From Bicaudavirus pozzuoliense, in sequence record NC_007409.1: a DNA stretch of 32,000 nt; one strand, 5' to 3'. A program made the position numbers and the translations under genes. The notes beneath the pieces are model-generated. The model saw only the letters and a program-made list of their open reading frames with translations. It did no database searches and was not told where the DNA came from. Numbering within the stretch: the stretch's first letter is position 1; every line of letters begins with the position of its first letter. Shown here piece by piece: positions 1-8,517 of this stretch.

Positions 1-48
1 GTTCTTTAGGGGCTTGCAACTGCCTGCAACCGGCACCGAACATGAAAG

Positions 49-95
49 AACAGAAAAAGACACAATTATTATTTCAAACTTGAGAAAAATAGTCG
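49..95 (+). repeat. Intergenic direct repeat copy A flanking the 273-aa gene
   Basis: aacagaaaaagacacaattattatttcaaacttgagaaaaat(a)gtcga; 42 bp perfect match to 1101-1142, then one mismatch and gtcga. Confidence 0.88.
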
Positions 96-151
96 AAAAA
101 AGATACGCAGAAAACAACAGGGAAAAACAAAAAAGCGGAAAACTTCGTGAG

Positions 152-973
152 TTAAGAAGAGGGTTTAAGACGTTCTAGCTTTAGACAGTCAATTTTGTTG
201 AACCATCTTGCTTTCCACTCATAACATACCTGATAAGGTGTTGGAAAGAGTTGAAGATAAGCGTGAGCGATTTTGAGGGCGTCGTCCTTAAACGAATTGT
301 TATGATCTACGTAATAGTGATAAGGAATCCTCAATGCCTCGTCGTATGTATAACCGGCTAGAATGGGTTGCTCTTCGGCAACTATTCTCTCAATATCATT
401 GAACTCGTCTGCTGTTATTGTCCTTGGTTTATTACCCAATTTCTGTTCAACAATCTGAGGAATACGCAAAGCTCTGGCAAGAGAGTCAATGTCGTAAATA
501 TTGACAGCTAAATATTGTGGCCTATCTTCCCCAAATTCAACCACAGCGTGAATATAGTATTTTAAATTCGGTGTGGGAACCTCATTTGCAATTCTGAAGC
601 CAGCCTTTTCTAGATAAAATTTAAGAATATCTGAAATAGAAGGAAGTCCATAATCAATATCAAATAGAAATTCGTCAAAATCCCTAGTCACGTCAGTCTC
701 AACAAACGCATAGATGTCATTTGCTGAGCGTTTACCCTTTTCTACTTCGATGTCATAATCACTTGCTGGATATATTTTGCCGTCACGCAGAATGTAATAA
801 TAAAAATTTTCAATAGTTTTGCATTTTCTTGTTTTGCTTTTTCTTATCTCCTTCTCTATTTCGTTTTCAACAATGTCTGCTAATTTTTCCTCATCGTTTG
901 TTGCATCGATCTCCTCCTCTGGAATTTCTGATATACTTTGAAATTCTCTTTCCTCGGTTATTTTCTCCCCCAT
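152..973 (-). CDS. 273-aa virion/envelope-type protein (ATV P273-like)
   Basis: Long ORF; size and sequence recalled as ATV ORF273, a structurally characterised virion protein. Identification is from memory, not a search. Confidence 0.85.
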   Translation of the reverse strand: MGEKITEEREFQSISEIPEEEIDATNDEEKLADIVENEIEKEIRKSKTRKCKTIENFYYYILRDGKIYPASDYDIEVEKGKRSANDIYAFVETDVTRDFDEFLFDIDYGLPSISDILKFYLEKAGFRIANEVPTPNLKYYIHAVVEFGEDRPQYLAVNIYDIDSLARALRIPQIVEQKLGNKPRTITADEFNDIERIVAEEQPILAGYTYDEALRIPYHYYVDHNNSFKDDALKIAHAYLQLFPTPYQVCYEWKARWFNKIDCLKLERLKPSS

Positions 974-1100
974 TTCTACTCTCCATTTCCACTATGTCAT
1001 GGTTGATAATAAAAATATAATAGAGGAGGCTCGCAGATTAAAGACAGCTGTTTTTTAGGGCATATGCAGACCGGCACCGCACGAAAAAGGGCCACCTAAA

Positions 1101-1147
1101 AACAGAAAAAGACACAATTATTATTTCAAACTTGAGAAAAATGGTCG
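1101..1147 (+). repeat. Intergenic direct repeat copy B flanking the 273-aa gene
   Basis: See copy A. Confidence 0.88.
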
Positions 1148-1166
1148 ATAAAAAAAGGAAATAACT

Positions 1167-1406
1167 TTACTGGGAGTCAAATACTATTTGAGATATAATG
1201 TTCTCTAAGTGGGGGGGTATAAAAATGTGTGTCCCCTCCCCCCCGCCACAGTATGGGCACGTGTCAACGTCTAATTCTATCACGATCGGCACAGTCCCTG
1301 GATATCTGCGTTCGTATTCCGACGCTTTGTCTTTGACGCTTCCGGATTGCCATGACAACCATTCTCTGTATTCTTTCTCATCTTTGAACCTTAACACTTC
1401 CACCAT
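1167..1406 (-). CDS. Small hypothetical protein with CPYCGGGEGTH cysteine motif
   Basis: 79-aa ORF whose start overlaps the stop of the upstream minus-strand ORF (1407..1607), operon-like; CxxC motif. Confidence 0.6.
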   Translation of the reverse strand: MVEVLRFKDEKEYREWLSWQSGSVKDKASEYERRYPGTVPIVIELDVDTCPYCGGGEGTHIFIPPHLENIISQIVFDSQ

Positions 1407-1607
1407 TCATCGCCCACCCGTAGTACACCACTTTTCAAGCAAGAATAGAAATATCTCGCACGCATCAATTGGGGCATGTGACATCTTCAATTGCCTTATG
1501 ATGTTCTCATTGTATTTGTTGAGATCATGTTTAACCTTCAACAAATCGTAACAAGTGGGCTTTTCTTCTTCTTGGTCTTGGTTCATCCGTATACCGCCTC
1601 CAACCAT
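1407..1607 (-). CDS. Small hypothetical protein (start possibly at internal MNQDQEEE)
   Basis: 66-aa ORF directly abutting 1167..1406. Confidence 0.5.
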   Translation of the reverse strand: MVGGGIRMNQDQEEEKPTCYDLLKVKHDLNKYNENIIRQLKMSHAPIDACEIFLFLLEKWCTTGGR

Positions 1608-1728
1608 GAGAAATACGCCTCACATTCTTCAACGTCGTTACCCTCTTTTTCACTTAATAATAACAATGTATCCGGACTGTAACCTTGCATATTATATCCT
1701 TTTGATATTAATATCTCTAGACAGTTCA

Positions 1729-2082
1729 TCATTGAACCCTCTTTATGTAGTATAAATCGAACCCTACTGCCTCTAATTCTTGAACAGTTCTTAATACCTG
1801 TCCTTCAGCAAGTCTTTTCTTTAATGCCATCGCAATTGCTTCATCACCTACATTGAAGAATACCTCTGTCCTATTGACAGGCACAGCCACACCTAACAAC
1901 AATGACAGTGCGTTCGCAGATGCGCTATGGCCAATAGCGCTAACAAATTGCGAGTTATGCATTTGTATAATTTTCTTTGCCTCTTCCGCACTTACTCTCT
2001 CTATCTCGAATTTTGCCCTCTCATCCCTAAATGGGACGATGAGGGTGTTCAACAGATACAATACCACAGACCACACCCCCAT
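1729..2082 (-). CDS. acrIII-1: DUF1874 / AcrIII-1 family viral ring nuclease (type III anti-CRISPR)
   Basis: YLLNTLIVPF...AKFEIERVSAEEAKKII...FVSAIGHSASANALSLLLGVAVPVNRTEVFFNVGDEAIAMALKKRLAEGQVL...ELEAVGFDLYYI matches the family pattern, including the conserved IGH(s/d)x(s/t) region and KxRLxEGxVL motif. Confidence 0.88.
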   Translation of the reverse strand: MGVWSVVLYLLNTLIVPFRDERAKFEIERVSAEEAKKIIQMHNSQFVSAIGHSASANALSLLLGVAVPVNRTEVFFNVGDEAIAMALKKRLAEGQVLRTVQELEAVGFDLYYIKRVQ

Positions 2083-2226
2083 TTATACATATGTCGTGCA
2101 AAGTATATAAATTTTTCTCTATCTTTTTTTTCCTCTCTCTTTCTCTCTCTCCTATTCACAAAAGTTATAGACAGAAATTGTATTACAAAAGTGAAAAAAT
2201 AGTCGATAAAAAAAGAAAATAACTTC

Positions 2227-2439
2227 TTATTGTTTACTCACGATGACGGTCTTTCTTCCCCTCTTTATAGCTTGGCATTCACCCTGATGTTGTTGGCACA
2301 TTACCTTCAATACTGTAAAAATGGCATACGCTACTGATGGGGTCACGTTATAGATTGCTATTATATCCTCCGCTGTAATCTCTTTTTTCTCCCTTAACTT
2401 GGAAAATAATTGCTGTGCAACTTCATTTACGCTTTGCAC
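2227..2439 (-). CDS. Small winged-helix-like DNA-binding protein
   Basis: 70 aa; EITAEDIIAIYNVTPSVAYAIFTVLKVMCQQH...GRKTVIV resembles a wHTH. Confidence 0.6.
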   Translation of the reverse strand: MQSVNEVAQQLFSKLREKKEITAEDIIAIYNVTPSVAYAIFTVLKVMCQQHQGECQAIKRGRKTVIVSKQ

Positions 2440-2513
2440 TCTTGTTCACCAGATTATATAATGAGAATTCTGACTTTTAAATTCTCTCTCTTTCTATCTT
2501 TCAGGGGAAAGAG

Positions 2514-3143
2514 TTATGCCACCCTGCACATAGGCTTTTCCTTGCACCACTCTACTATAATTGGCGAGAACTCATGTCCTGTGCTTCTGAGCGTCACTTT
2601 ATCTTTGCATTCCTTCACTTTATACACAATAGGCTCGGCGCCACTAGTGTCAACCCCCAGGACGAGCCAACCTTCATCTCTCCCCGTGGGTATGAATAAT
2701 GCTTTCTCTTTCAATTTTTTGTAAATATCAATATTACTAGGATCAAAAACAAATAAATCCGACGTATCTATCAACCAGTAGTAACGCCACAGGGCAAAAT
2801 GATCGGCAATTTCGGGTATCTTGGAGACGTCAAAATCCTCTATGTTAGTCACGTATGCGTGCGCAACCTTTAGCTTCTCTTCTCTTGGGGGTTTTACGCC
2901 ATTGTCAAGAAAACGCGATAACATTTTTGCTAGCTTGGAGCCGTCTATCGTCCAGTAATTATACATTATTAGCTGCAATTTCCCATCATTCTCAGCCAAA
3001 ACGCCATGAATAGTATTTTTATTGTTCGTCAGCACGTGACGAGCCATAAGAAGATCGTTAATCGAGGGTTCTGCTGGCCCTTTGGGGTGTGTATGTATGA
3101 TCGCCAATATTTCCTCTGGTTTGTATTTTGGCAATATTTCCAA
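2514..3143 (-). CDS. JAMM/MPN (JAB1)-type metalloprotease-like protein, N-terminally incomplete or interrupted
   Basis: Contains HTH-PKGPAEP-S-IN-D, an exact fit to the JAMM signature HxH-x7-S-x2-D. Annotated start is TTG (3143); the frame is open upstream to about 3195. Confidence 0.75.
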   Translation of the reverse strand: MEILPKYKPEEILAIIHTHPKGPAEPSINDLLMARHVLTNNKNTIHGVLAENDGKLQLIMYNYWTIDGSKLAKMLSRFLDNGVKPPREEKLKVAHAYVTNIEDFDVSKIPEIADHFALWRYYWLIDTSDLFVFDPSNIDIYKKLKEKALFIPTGRDEGWLVLGVDTSGAEPIVYKVKECKDKVTLRSTGHEFSPIIVEWCKEKPMCRVA

Positions 3144-3184
3144 TAGAGTATCCTCACCGACTTTCCTCTCTTCGCCCTTGTGAG

Positions 3185-4414
3185 CTACCCCACCCTAAAG
3201 GGCGAGGCTTCCTGCTTCAAAGCCCCACCTTGCCATTGGCTTTTTACCAATGGTAGAGGGCGGAGCTCCACAGGCGCTAAGGGTGGCTCCCACCCCGACC
3301 TTTTTAGAATGTTAAGAGAAGCATTGTAGTCACGATCCACAGTCCAACCACATTTTGGACAAACAAAAATACGATCAGCCAAAGTTAAATCCTTCTTAAC
3401 ATACCCGCATTTAGCACAAGTCATCGAAGTAAAAGCAGGATCAACGAGACGAAGCTCCTTCCCGTACTTCCTAAGTTGATATTCCATGATGCTCCTAAGC
3501 TCGTAAAATGCAACATCGTGAAGCCTCATCCTCATTTTCTTGTAGGATTTACCAACAAGTTGTTTAACTTGAATATCTTCCATTACGACTACGTCATAAT
3601 GCTCTGCAAAATACTTCCCAAGTTTCATGTATATGTCCCTCCTAAGATTCTTCAAATGCTCATAAGCCCTTGCGAGCTTAATCTTTGCCTTAAACCAGTT
3701 GTGCGACAAGAACTTCTTCCTCGAGAGAGCTTTATGAAGTTTTCTTGTCTTATTGAGTGCCTTCTCGTAAGGTCGCAAGTTTGGCACGTATTCCCCATCT
3801 GATGTAATGAGAAGTTTCTCTATTCCAACATCTATTCCAACCGTTTTGTTTGTCTTAGGGAGTTGAGGGTATTCTTGATCCACAACGAAACTAATGTACA
3901 CTCTCTCTGAAGGTGTTAACTTAACTATCACCCTCTTTACCTTGTCTAGCGGAAAGTCCCTATGAACAATAACTTTGAAGACTCCCAGGTTTGCTAACTG
4001 AAGCGTCATTATCTTCTTCTTGTTCTTCTTGCTTTTAGTTCTTATTTCTCTCGTCTCTAACACTTTCCAACCTGATTGAGGGTACACTAACGAATACCAT
4101 TTATGTGGTTTCTTTTCCCTGGGGTAGCGTGCTAACCCTTTGAGGAATCTCTTCTTAGCGTCGTAGAATCTGTCTGCAATTTGTTGTACTGCTTGAGAAT
4201 AGATTCTCTTGTATTCATCGTCCTGTTTTCTCAAATCTAGAGCGAGTTGTCTCAATTCAGTCTTGCTTAGACCTTTCCCATCTCTTTGGTAGAAATATAT
4301 ATCTGCCCAACGTAGGGTGTTGTAAATTTCGCACGCTAACCTCAACTGGGATTTTAACTCCCTAATTGTAGGTTCATCTGCGAAAGCCCTAAACCTAATC
4401 CCTACGTCGGGCAT
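3185..4414 (-). CDS. tnpB: TnpB / OrfB RNA-guided nuclease-like protein (IS200/IS605 family), element 1
   Basis: RuvC-like motifs [40 protein letters not shown] and zinc ribbon [24 protein letters not shown]. Confidence 0.95.
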
Positions 4415-4508
4415 TAAATAGAATATTGTGAATAGAAGTTTTTAAATCTATAAGGGGGTTATCCATCCCCGCCATGAATGGCGAGGTTTTCCGCCCCCTT
4501 AACCCCTT
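3190..4508 (-). mobile_element. IS605/IS1341-type TnpB-only element 1 (approximate ends)
   Basis: tnpB bounded by the LE motif (4434-4508, shared with elements 2 and 3) and a GC-rich RE (approx. 3190-3260) with CCATTGG/CCAATGG stem (3233-3253). No tnpA nearby. Confidence 0.8.
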
Positions 4509-4716
4509 TTCTATAATAGTCGGCGAAGTTTTTGCCCAAAACGATAAGATATTCAATCCCTTCCTTTTTTGATTGATCAAAAATCTTTTTCAAAAAATTA
4601 ATATTTTTATAAATTGAAGTTACATTTTTTTCTTCTTCTTTCGTTCTCGTACCTGGGTCCTCATCCTGTTGCTCATTCTCCTGGGCCTTGTTATCAAACG
4701 CGAACAACAGTACCAC
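4459..4716 (-). pseudogene. Possible truncated 5' gene fragment ending inside element 1 left end
   Basis: [19 protein letters not shown]...[36 protein letters not shown]; its last ~13 residues are encoded by the conserved element LE. Confidence 0.5.
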
Positions 4717-4796
4717 CTAGTGGTTTATTGCGACGATGAACTTAATTTTTTTGTGGCATACACTCACAGACATAATATTTGTTTGCCGATCTTCTT

Positions 4797-5162
4797 TCAA
4801 CCTTGGTTCTTGTAATAAAATGCGAATAGTGTAATAATAAGTGAGACTAAAATCAACATAATCAACGCAATAGGATCAGTGAATATCGAACCGACGAAGG
4901 AGATGAACGACAGATACAAGGTGTAGATACCGGCGTACTGCGACGGGACAGAGATCGAAGCAGTCTGGTTACTCAGCTGTACCACTTCTGTGGACTGTGG
5001 ACAACCTGTCTCGTTGCTCACACTGCTTGCTACTGAAAAAACTCCAGATACTATGGAATAAAGTCCTTGCACCATGGCTGGAACCAAGAAGATAAGAGAG
5101 ATGCCCAGGAAGACGAGTGCGATGGCCAAGGTTGCCAACGACGGTGCCAGACCCATAAGCAT
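4797..5162 (-). CDS. Membrane protein, two or more predicted TM segments
   Basis: Hydrophobic N-terminal (LATLAIALVFLGISLIFLVPAMVQG) and C-terminal (PIALIMLILVSLIITLFAFYY) segments. Confidence 0.75.
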   Translation of the reverse strand: MLMGLAPSLATLAIALVFLGISLIFLVPAMVQGLYSIVSGVFSVASSVSNETGCPQSTEVVQLSNQTASISVPSQYAGIYTLYLSFISFVGSIFTDPIALIMLILVSLIITLFAFYYKNQG

Positions 5163-5408
5163 GATTCATAAATAATATAATAAAAACATCTTGCCTGCCG
5201 GGGGCACCGGGTGGGGCTGTTGGAAAGCCGGGTGCTGGCGCTAAAAACAGCTGTTCTTAACGCTATTCAGGACGCTACGAGGCTGTTCACCGGGCCGAGT
5301 ACAGGAAGTAGGAAAATAAGAAAAAATCTTATTTGTTGTTGCCGTGCCGGCCGTCTGGCGGGAAAAGTTTTTTTGATATTGCACTAGGTGGGGGCATAGG
5401 GAAGTAAC

Positions 5409-5594
5409 ATGCTCGAGGGACTTTTCAAAAACAAAAAACAAGAAGAAGCTGACGAGGGCGATCAAGTTCTCATTCTTGACATTCTCGATGAAGAGAGAAC
5501 TATGCTACCCCCAGGATTCGAGATCGTTAGCACCACACAGGATGGCAAAATCATAGCAAAAGATAGAGAAGGACATCTGTGGGTGATAAAATGA
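5409..5594 (+). CDS. Small hypothetical protein (61 aa), overlaps next ORF
   Basis: ORF immediately upstream of, and overlapping, the 131-aa coat gene. Confidence 0.6.
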   Translation: MLEGLFKNKKQEEADEGDQVLILDILDEERTMLPPGFEIVSTTQDGKIIAKDREGHLWVIK

Positions 5595-5974
5595 AAGTGA
5601 AGTTCAAACAATTCAAAAACGGAGTGAGGGTGTACAATCTGGGAGACAAATACATTGTGGTCTATAAAGGTGACGTGTGGGGTATAGGCTCTACTGAAGA
5701 CGAAGCGATGGCCGATGCTTCTAGAGTTTATCGCGACTCCAAGGGCTTAATGTTAGAACCATCTCCTTTCGATATCTACGAAGGGGGAACTGAAAACGAG
5801 GAAGATGTTGAGCCACTCATGGACTATAAAGAAGTTGCTGTTTACTATTTCCCACCTTATTACCTGGTTTATGACAAGGAGAAGGATAAGGTACTAGGGT
5901 CTGGAATGGATCTAGATGATGCACTGGCAGAGGCGACAAGAGAGAAACCAGGCTTAGTTGAATTGTTCTGGTGA
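5579..5974 (+). CDS. 131-aa structural/coat protein (ATV P131-like); GTG start
   Basis: Size and sequence recalled as ATV ORF131 virion protein. Internal repeat of GDKYIVVYKGDVWGIGSTEDEAMADA and PPYYLVYDKEKDKVLGSGMDLDDALAEA. Confidence 0.8.
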   Translation: MGDKMKVKFKQFKNGVRVYNLGDKYIVVYKGDVWGIGSTEDEAMADASRVYRDSKGLMLEPSPFDIYEGGTENEEDVEPLMDYKEVAVYYFPPYYLVYDKEKDKVLGSGMDLDDALAEATREKPGLVELFW

Positions 5975-6507
5975 TCCATATGCTACAAACCTGGGCGAAA
6001 CTAGCATATGAGGCAAATCTAGGAATAGTATATGGATCAACGCTGATCATATTATTATTGCCACTAATAGGCAGTTTCATGCCACCTAATCTCGTCAGCA
6101 GTATCTCAAAGCTCAATGCGTTCACTCTTCTGGAGAGCTATCTGTTGCCAGTTCTCTCTAACTTTGGCATTTTCGGAGGATTGGCGTTAGGAGTTGGTTC
6201 TGCAATCGCGTTTTCTGTACTTAATAGTATAGCTTCCAGTTTCCTCAACCTCAGCTTTAACCAACAGCAGGCACTAACGATAGTTGTCGCTTTGTTAGTC
6301 TCGCAGTTTATTTTTGGTGGGTGGGCTACATTCGCGTTATTCCTAACATCTATGCTTGGTTCCGTACCGCCAGTGCCAGGATTAGCTGTAATTATGTCAT
6401 TCATCACACCATTCATTGACGGCCTTATTGCAACGTTGGGAGGTTTAATGGTAGTATTATCTATACTGTACGAGCTTAGCGAAATCGGATTGGTAACGCT
6501 CCCATGA
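5971..6507 (+). CDS. Polytopic membrane protein, candidate virion membrane protein
   Basis: About 4 hydrophobic segments; overlaps the end of the 131-aa coat gene (operon). Confidence 0.75.
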   Translation: MIHMLQTWAKLAYEANLGIVYGSTLIILLLPLIGSFMPPNLVSSISKLNAFTLLESYLLPVLSNFGIFGGLALGVGSAIAFSVLNSIASSFLNLSFNQQQALTIVVALLVSQFIFGGWATFALFLTSMLGSVPPVPGLAVIMSFITPFIDGLIATLGGLMVVLSILYELSEIGLVTLP

Positions 6508-6516
6508 GGTGAGAAA

Positions 6517-6759
6517 GTGAACCCAGCTGTTGTACTGTTCCTGGCCCTCATAACGTCAATCATATTGATCATCTTGTTTACTGCGACAATAGCGATTTAT
6601 CACGATTTCGTCACGATTGAGCAGAATTACAATATGACAGCGTATGCGCAACAGCAAAATACTCAAGCTAACAACGTGCTTGTTACGGGCTTTAGATTTC
6701 TCTTTATAGGGCTAATTGGAGTAACAATAGCGCTAATAATATACCAGAGGAGAACCTGA
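6517..6759 (+). CDS. Two-TM membrane protein (80 aa; GTG start)
   Basis: [26 protein letters not shown] and [23 protein letters not shown] segments. Confidence 0.75.
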
Positions 6760-6819
6760 AACGACGTGGGAAGTCAGTTCTTCTTTTTGTTTTAAAACCA
6801 CTCATGCTTTCTAGTTCAT

Positions 6820-7455
6820 GTGTTAGAACTCTTCAGGAAGAAGAAGGTCGAGCCACCAAAAATAACTGTCACTCTGACAGACCTGATGATGTTTCTACCA
6901 ACACTGAGAAAACACGTAATACCGTACCAAATCAAGTGTGATTATTGCTCTGGAATAGTGACTGATGCAAATGGGTTCGTACTATACAGAAGGATACCGA
7001 TACCAGATGCTGTTTTACGCGCATTGATCAATTTTAGTAATGCAATAGACCAACAATTGAAAGATACTATATTTTATTTCTCAATGGCCAAACGTGAAGT
7101 TATAGGACGTATGGTGTACAAGGCAAAACTAAATGCGTTGAAGAAGGGCAATACAAAGAACATACAGAAGATAACAGCTGAGTTACCACGCCTTCTGTAT
7201 AGAATTCTGTACCCATACAAGGCCACAACGTCTATCCTGTACATCGATGGTGCAGTGTACCCTGATATTGTCGATTTCGTAGCGTTGAGAGAAGAAGAGA
7301 AGACATACATATCAAACAACTTCTCATTCTACTTGTACGCTGATTCCTCATATGTGTACGCCATTATGCTTACAACGAGGGAACAAATATTGCGAATCAA
7401 GACCTTGTTGGCAAACAGAGATGTTCCGCTGAGGTCGCTCGATGGTCAGCAGTGA
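6820..7455 (+). CDS. Hypothetical protein, 211 aa; GTG start
   Basis: Long ORF; TATA-like tttaaaa about 25-30 nt upstream (~6790). Confidence 0.75.
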   Translation: MLELFRKKKVEPPKITVTLTDLMMFLPTLRKHVIPYQIKCDYCSGIVTDANGFVLYRRIPIPDAVLRALINFSNAIDQQLKDTIFYFSMAKREVIGRMVYKAKLNALKKGNTKNIQKITAELPRLLYRILYPYKATTSILYIDGAVYPDIVDFVALREEEKTYISNNFSFYLYADSSYVYAIMLTTREQILRIKTLLANRDVPLRSLDGQQ

Positions 7456-7457
7456 GA

Positions 7458-7465
7458 ACAGCTGT
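7458..7465. promoter_or_regulatory. ACAGCTGT palindrome, representative of an 11-member intergenic family
   Basis: Exact intergenic copies start at 1044, 5248, 7458, 7536, 9738, 10568, 13412, 15042, 16777, 18166 and 19790. Confidence 0.75.
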
Positions 7466-7553
7466 TCTTAAGGGGGTATGGCTAGACGAGAAGGTGAGGG
7501 TGGGAGTGAGGTGAGAGAGGCCACACTTGAAAAGAACAGCTGTTCTCTAAGGG

Positions 7554-7850
7554 CTAACTTTCACGTAACCGTTCAAGGTTCAGGATAATGAAACGCTTGT
7601 CGATCATCTTTATCCATCCATAAGCGTGCATCTTCTTGATGATTCGAAAGGCCTCAATTGGCTCTACTTTCATGTATGATGAGGCCAGGTCTATGAGCTT
7701 CTCCCACTCGATCTGCAGGATTCCTTTATTCTGTGCAGATAAGCTCACTAGAAATTTGTAGAACTCGACGGCCTTAGCATACTCTTCGTCAGTGAATGTG
7801 CCGGTTATTTCGTCTAGCCACTTTATTTTCTTCGTACTGACATAATCCAT
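7554..7850 (-). CDS. Hypothetical protein, possible winged-helix, 98 aa
   Basis: Helical ORF with LIDLASSYMKVEPIEAFRIIKKMHAYGWIKMIDKRFIIL, HTH-wing-like. Confidence 0.65.
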   Translation of the reverse strand: MDYVSTKKIKWLDEITGTFTDEEYAKAVEFYKFLVSLSAQNKGILQIEWEKLIDLASSYMKVEPIEAFRIIKKMHAYGWIKMIDKRFIILNLERLRES

Positions 7851-8517
7851 GAGTGTAACCTCTCATTGACAGTTTATTAATTTTTTGCAGATTAGTACAA
7901 ATAGTTCAGGTAAAAATCCAATAAGTAAATACTCAGTGCAAAAAACCCGGTTATTATTCTTAAAAAAAGTAAAAGGCACAAAATAAATTAATTGTCTCAC
8001 TGTGCTGGCCTACTGGTGCTGGCCTGTGCTTCCTGGTGCTACAGTGTTCTGTTACCTATAGTATACAGTTCCGCTACATTACAGTACCGTCCTTCAGTAC
8101 GTTACATATATACATTATATATTATATGATATATGTTACTTTTCAGTATACTAGCACGGCCAAACGTTGATCTAGATTTGTTCACGTCCTAGTTTGCCTA
8201 AGGCCACCTAACCGATTTCTCTCCATTAAGAACGTCGTTTTAGTAAAAATTTCTGTTCATCACCTTGATAATTGTAATGTGAATCTGTTCATGTAATTTC
8301 TTGTTTCCCCACCTACAACAACAAAAATATTGGAAAAGAGATTTGTTACTTCACTCTTATACAGTTTTACTCGTGAACCGGAGAGTTAACTGGAAATGCT
8401 TTTGTGTGCACTATAAGAAAATTATTCAAATTAACCGGGGAGTTAAAGGAGCTTAGAAATTTTATTACAAAAATGAGAAAAATGGTGCATAGAATTAGTT
8501 GTTTCTCGCACCGACGT

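Noticed and set aside
1198-2202. Plus-strand ORFs 1198..1551, 1555..1755, 1853..2110, 1927..2202
   Set aside because: Antisense to the AcrIII-1 gene and neighbouring small minus-strand genes, or extending into AT-rich intergenic DNA; Ser/Tyr/Leu-rich, non-protein-like.
4395-4580. 61-aa minus [29 protein letters not shown]...
   Set aside because: Alternate frame crossing the element 1 left end and the truncated host ORF; no support as a gene.
5241-5465. 74-aa minus ORF
   Set aside because: Lies over the GC-rich intergenic region and overlaps the start of the + coat-operon gene; probably spurious.
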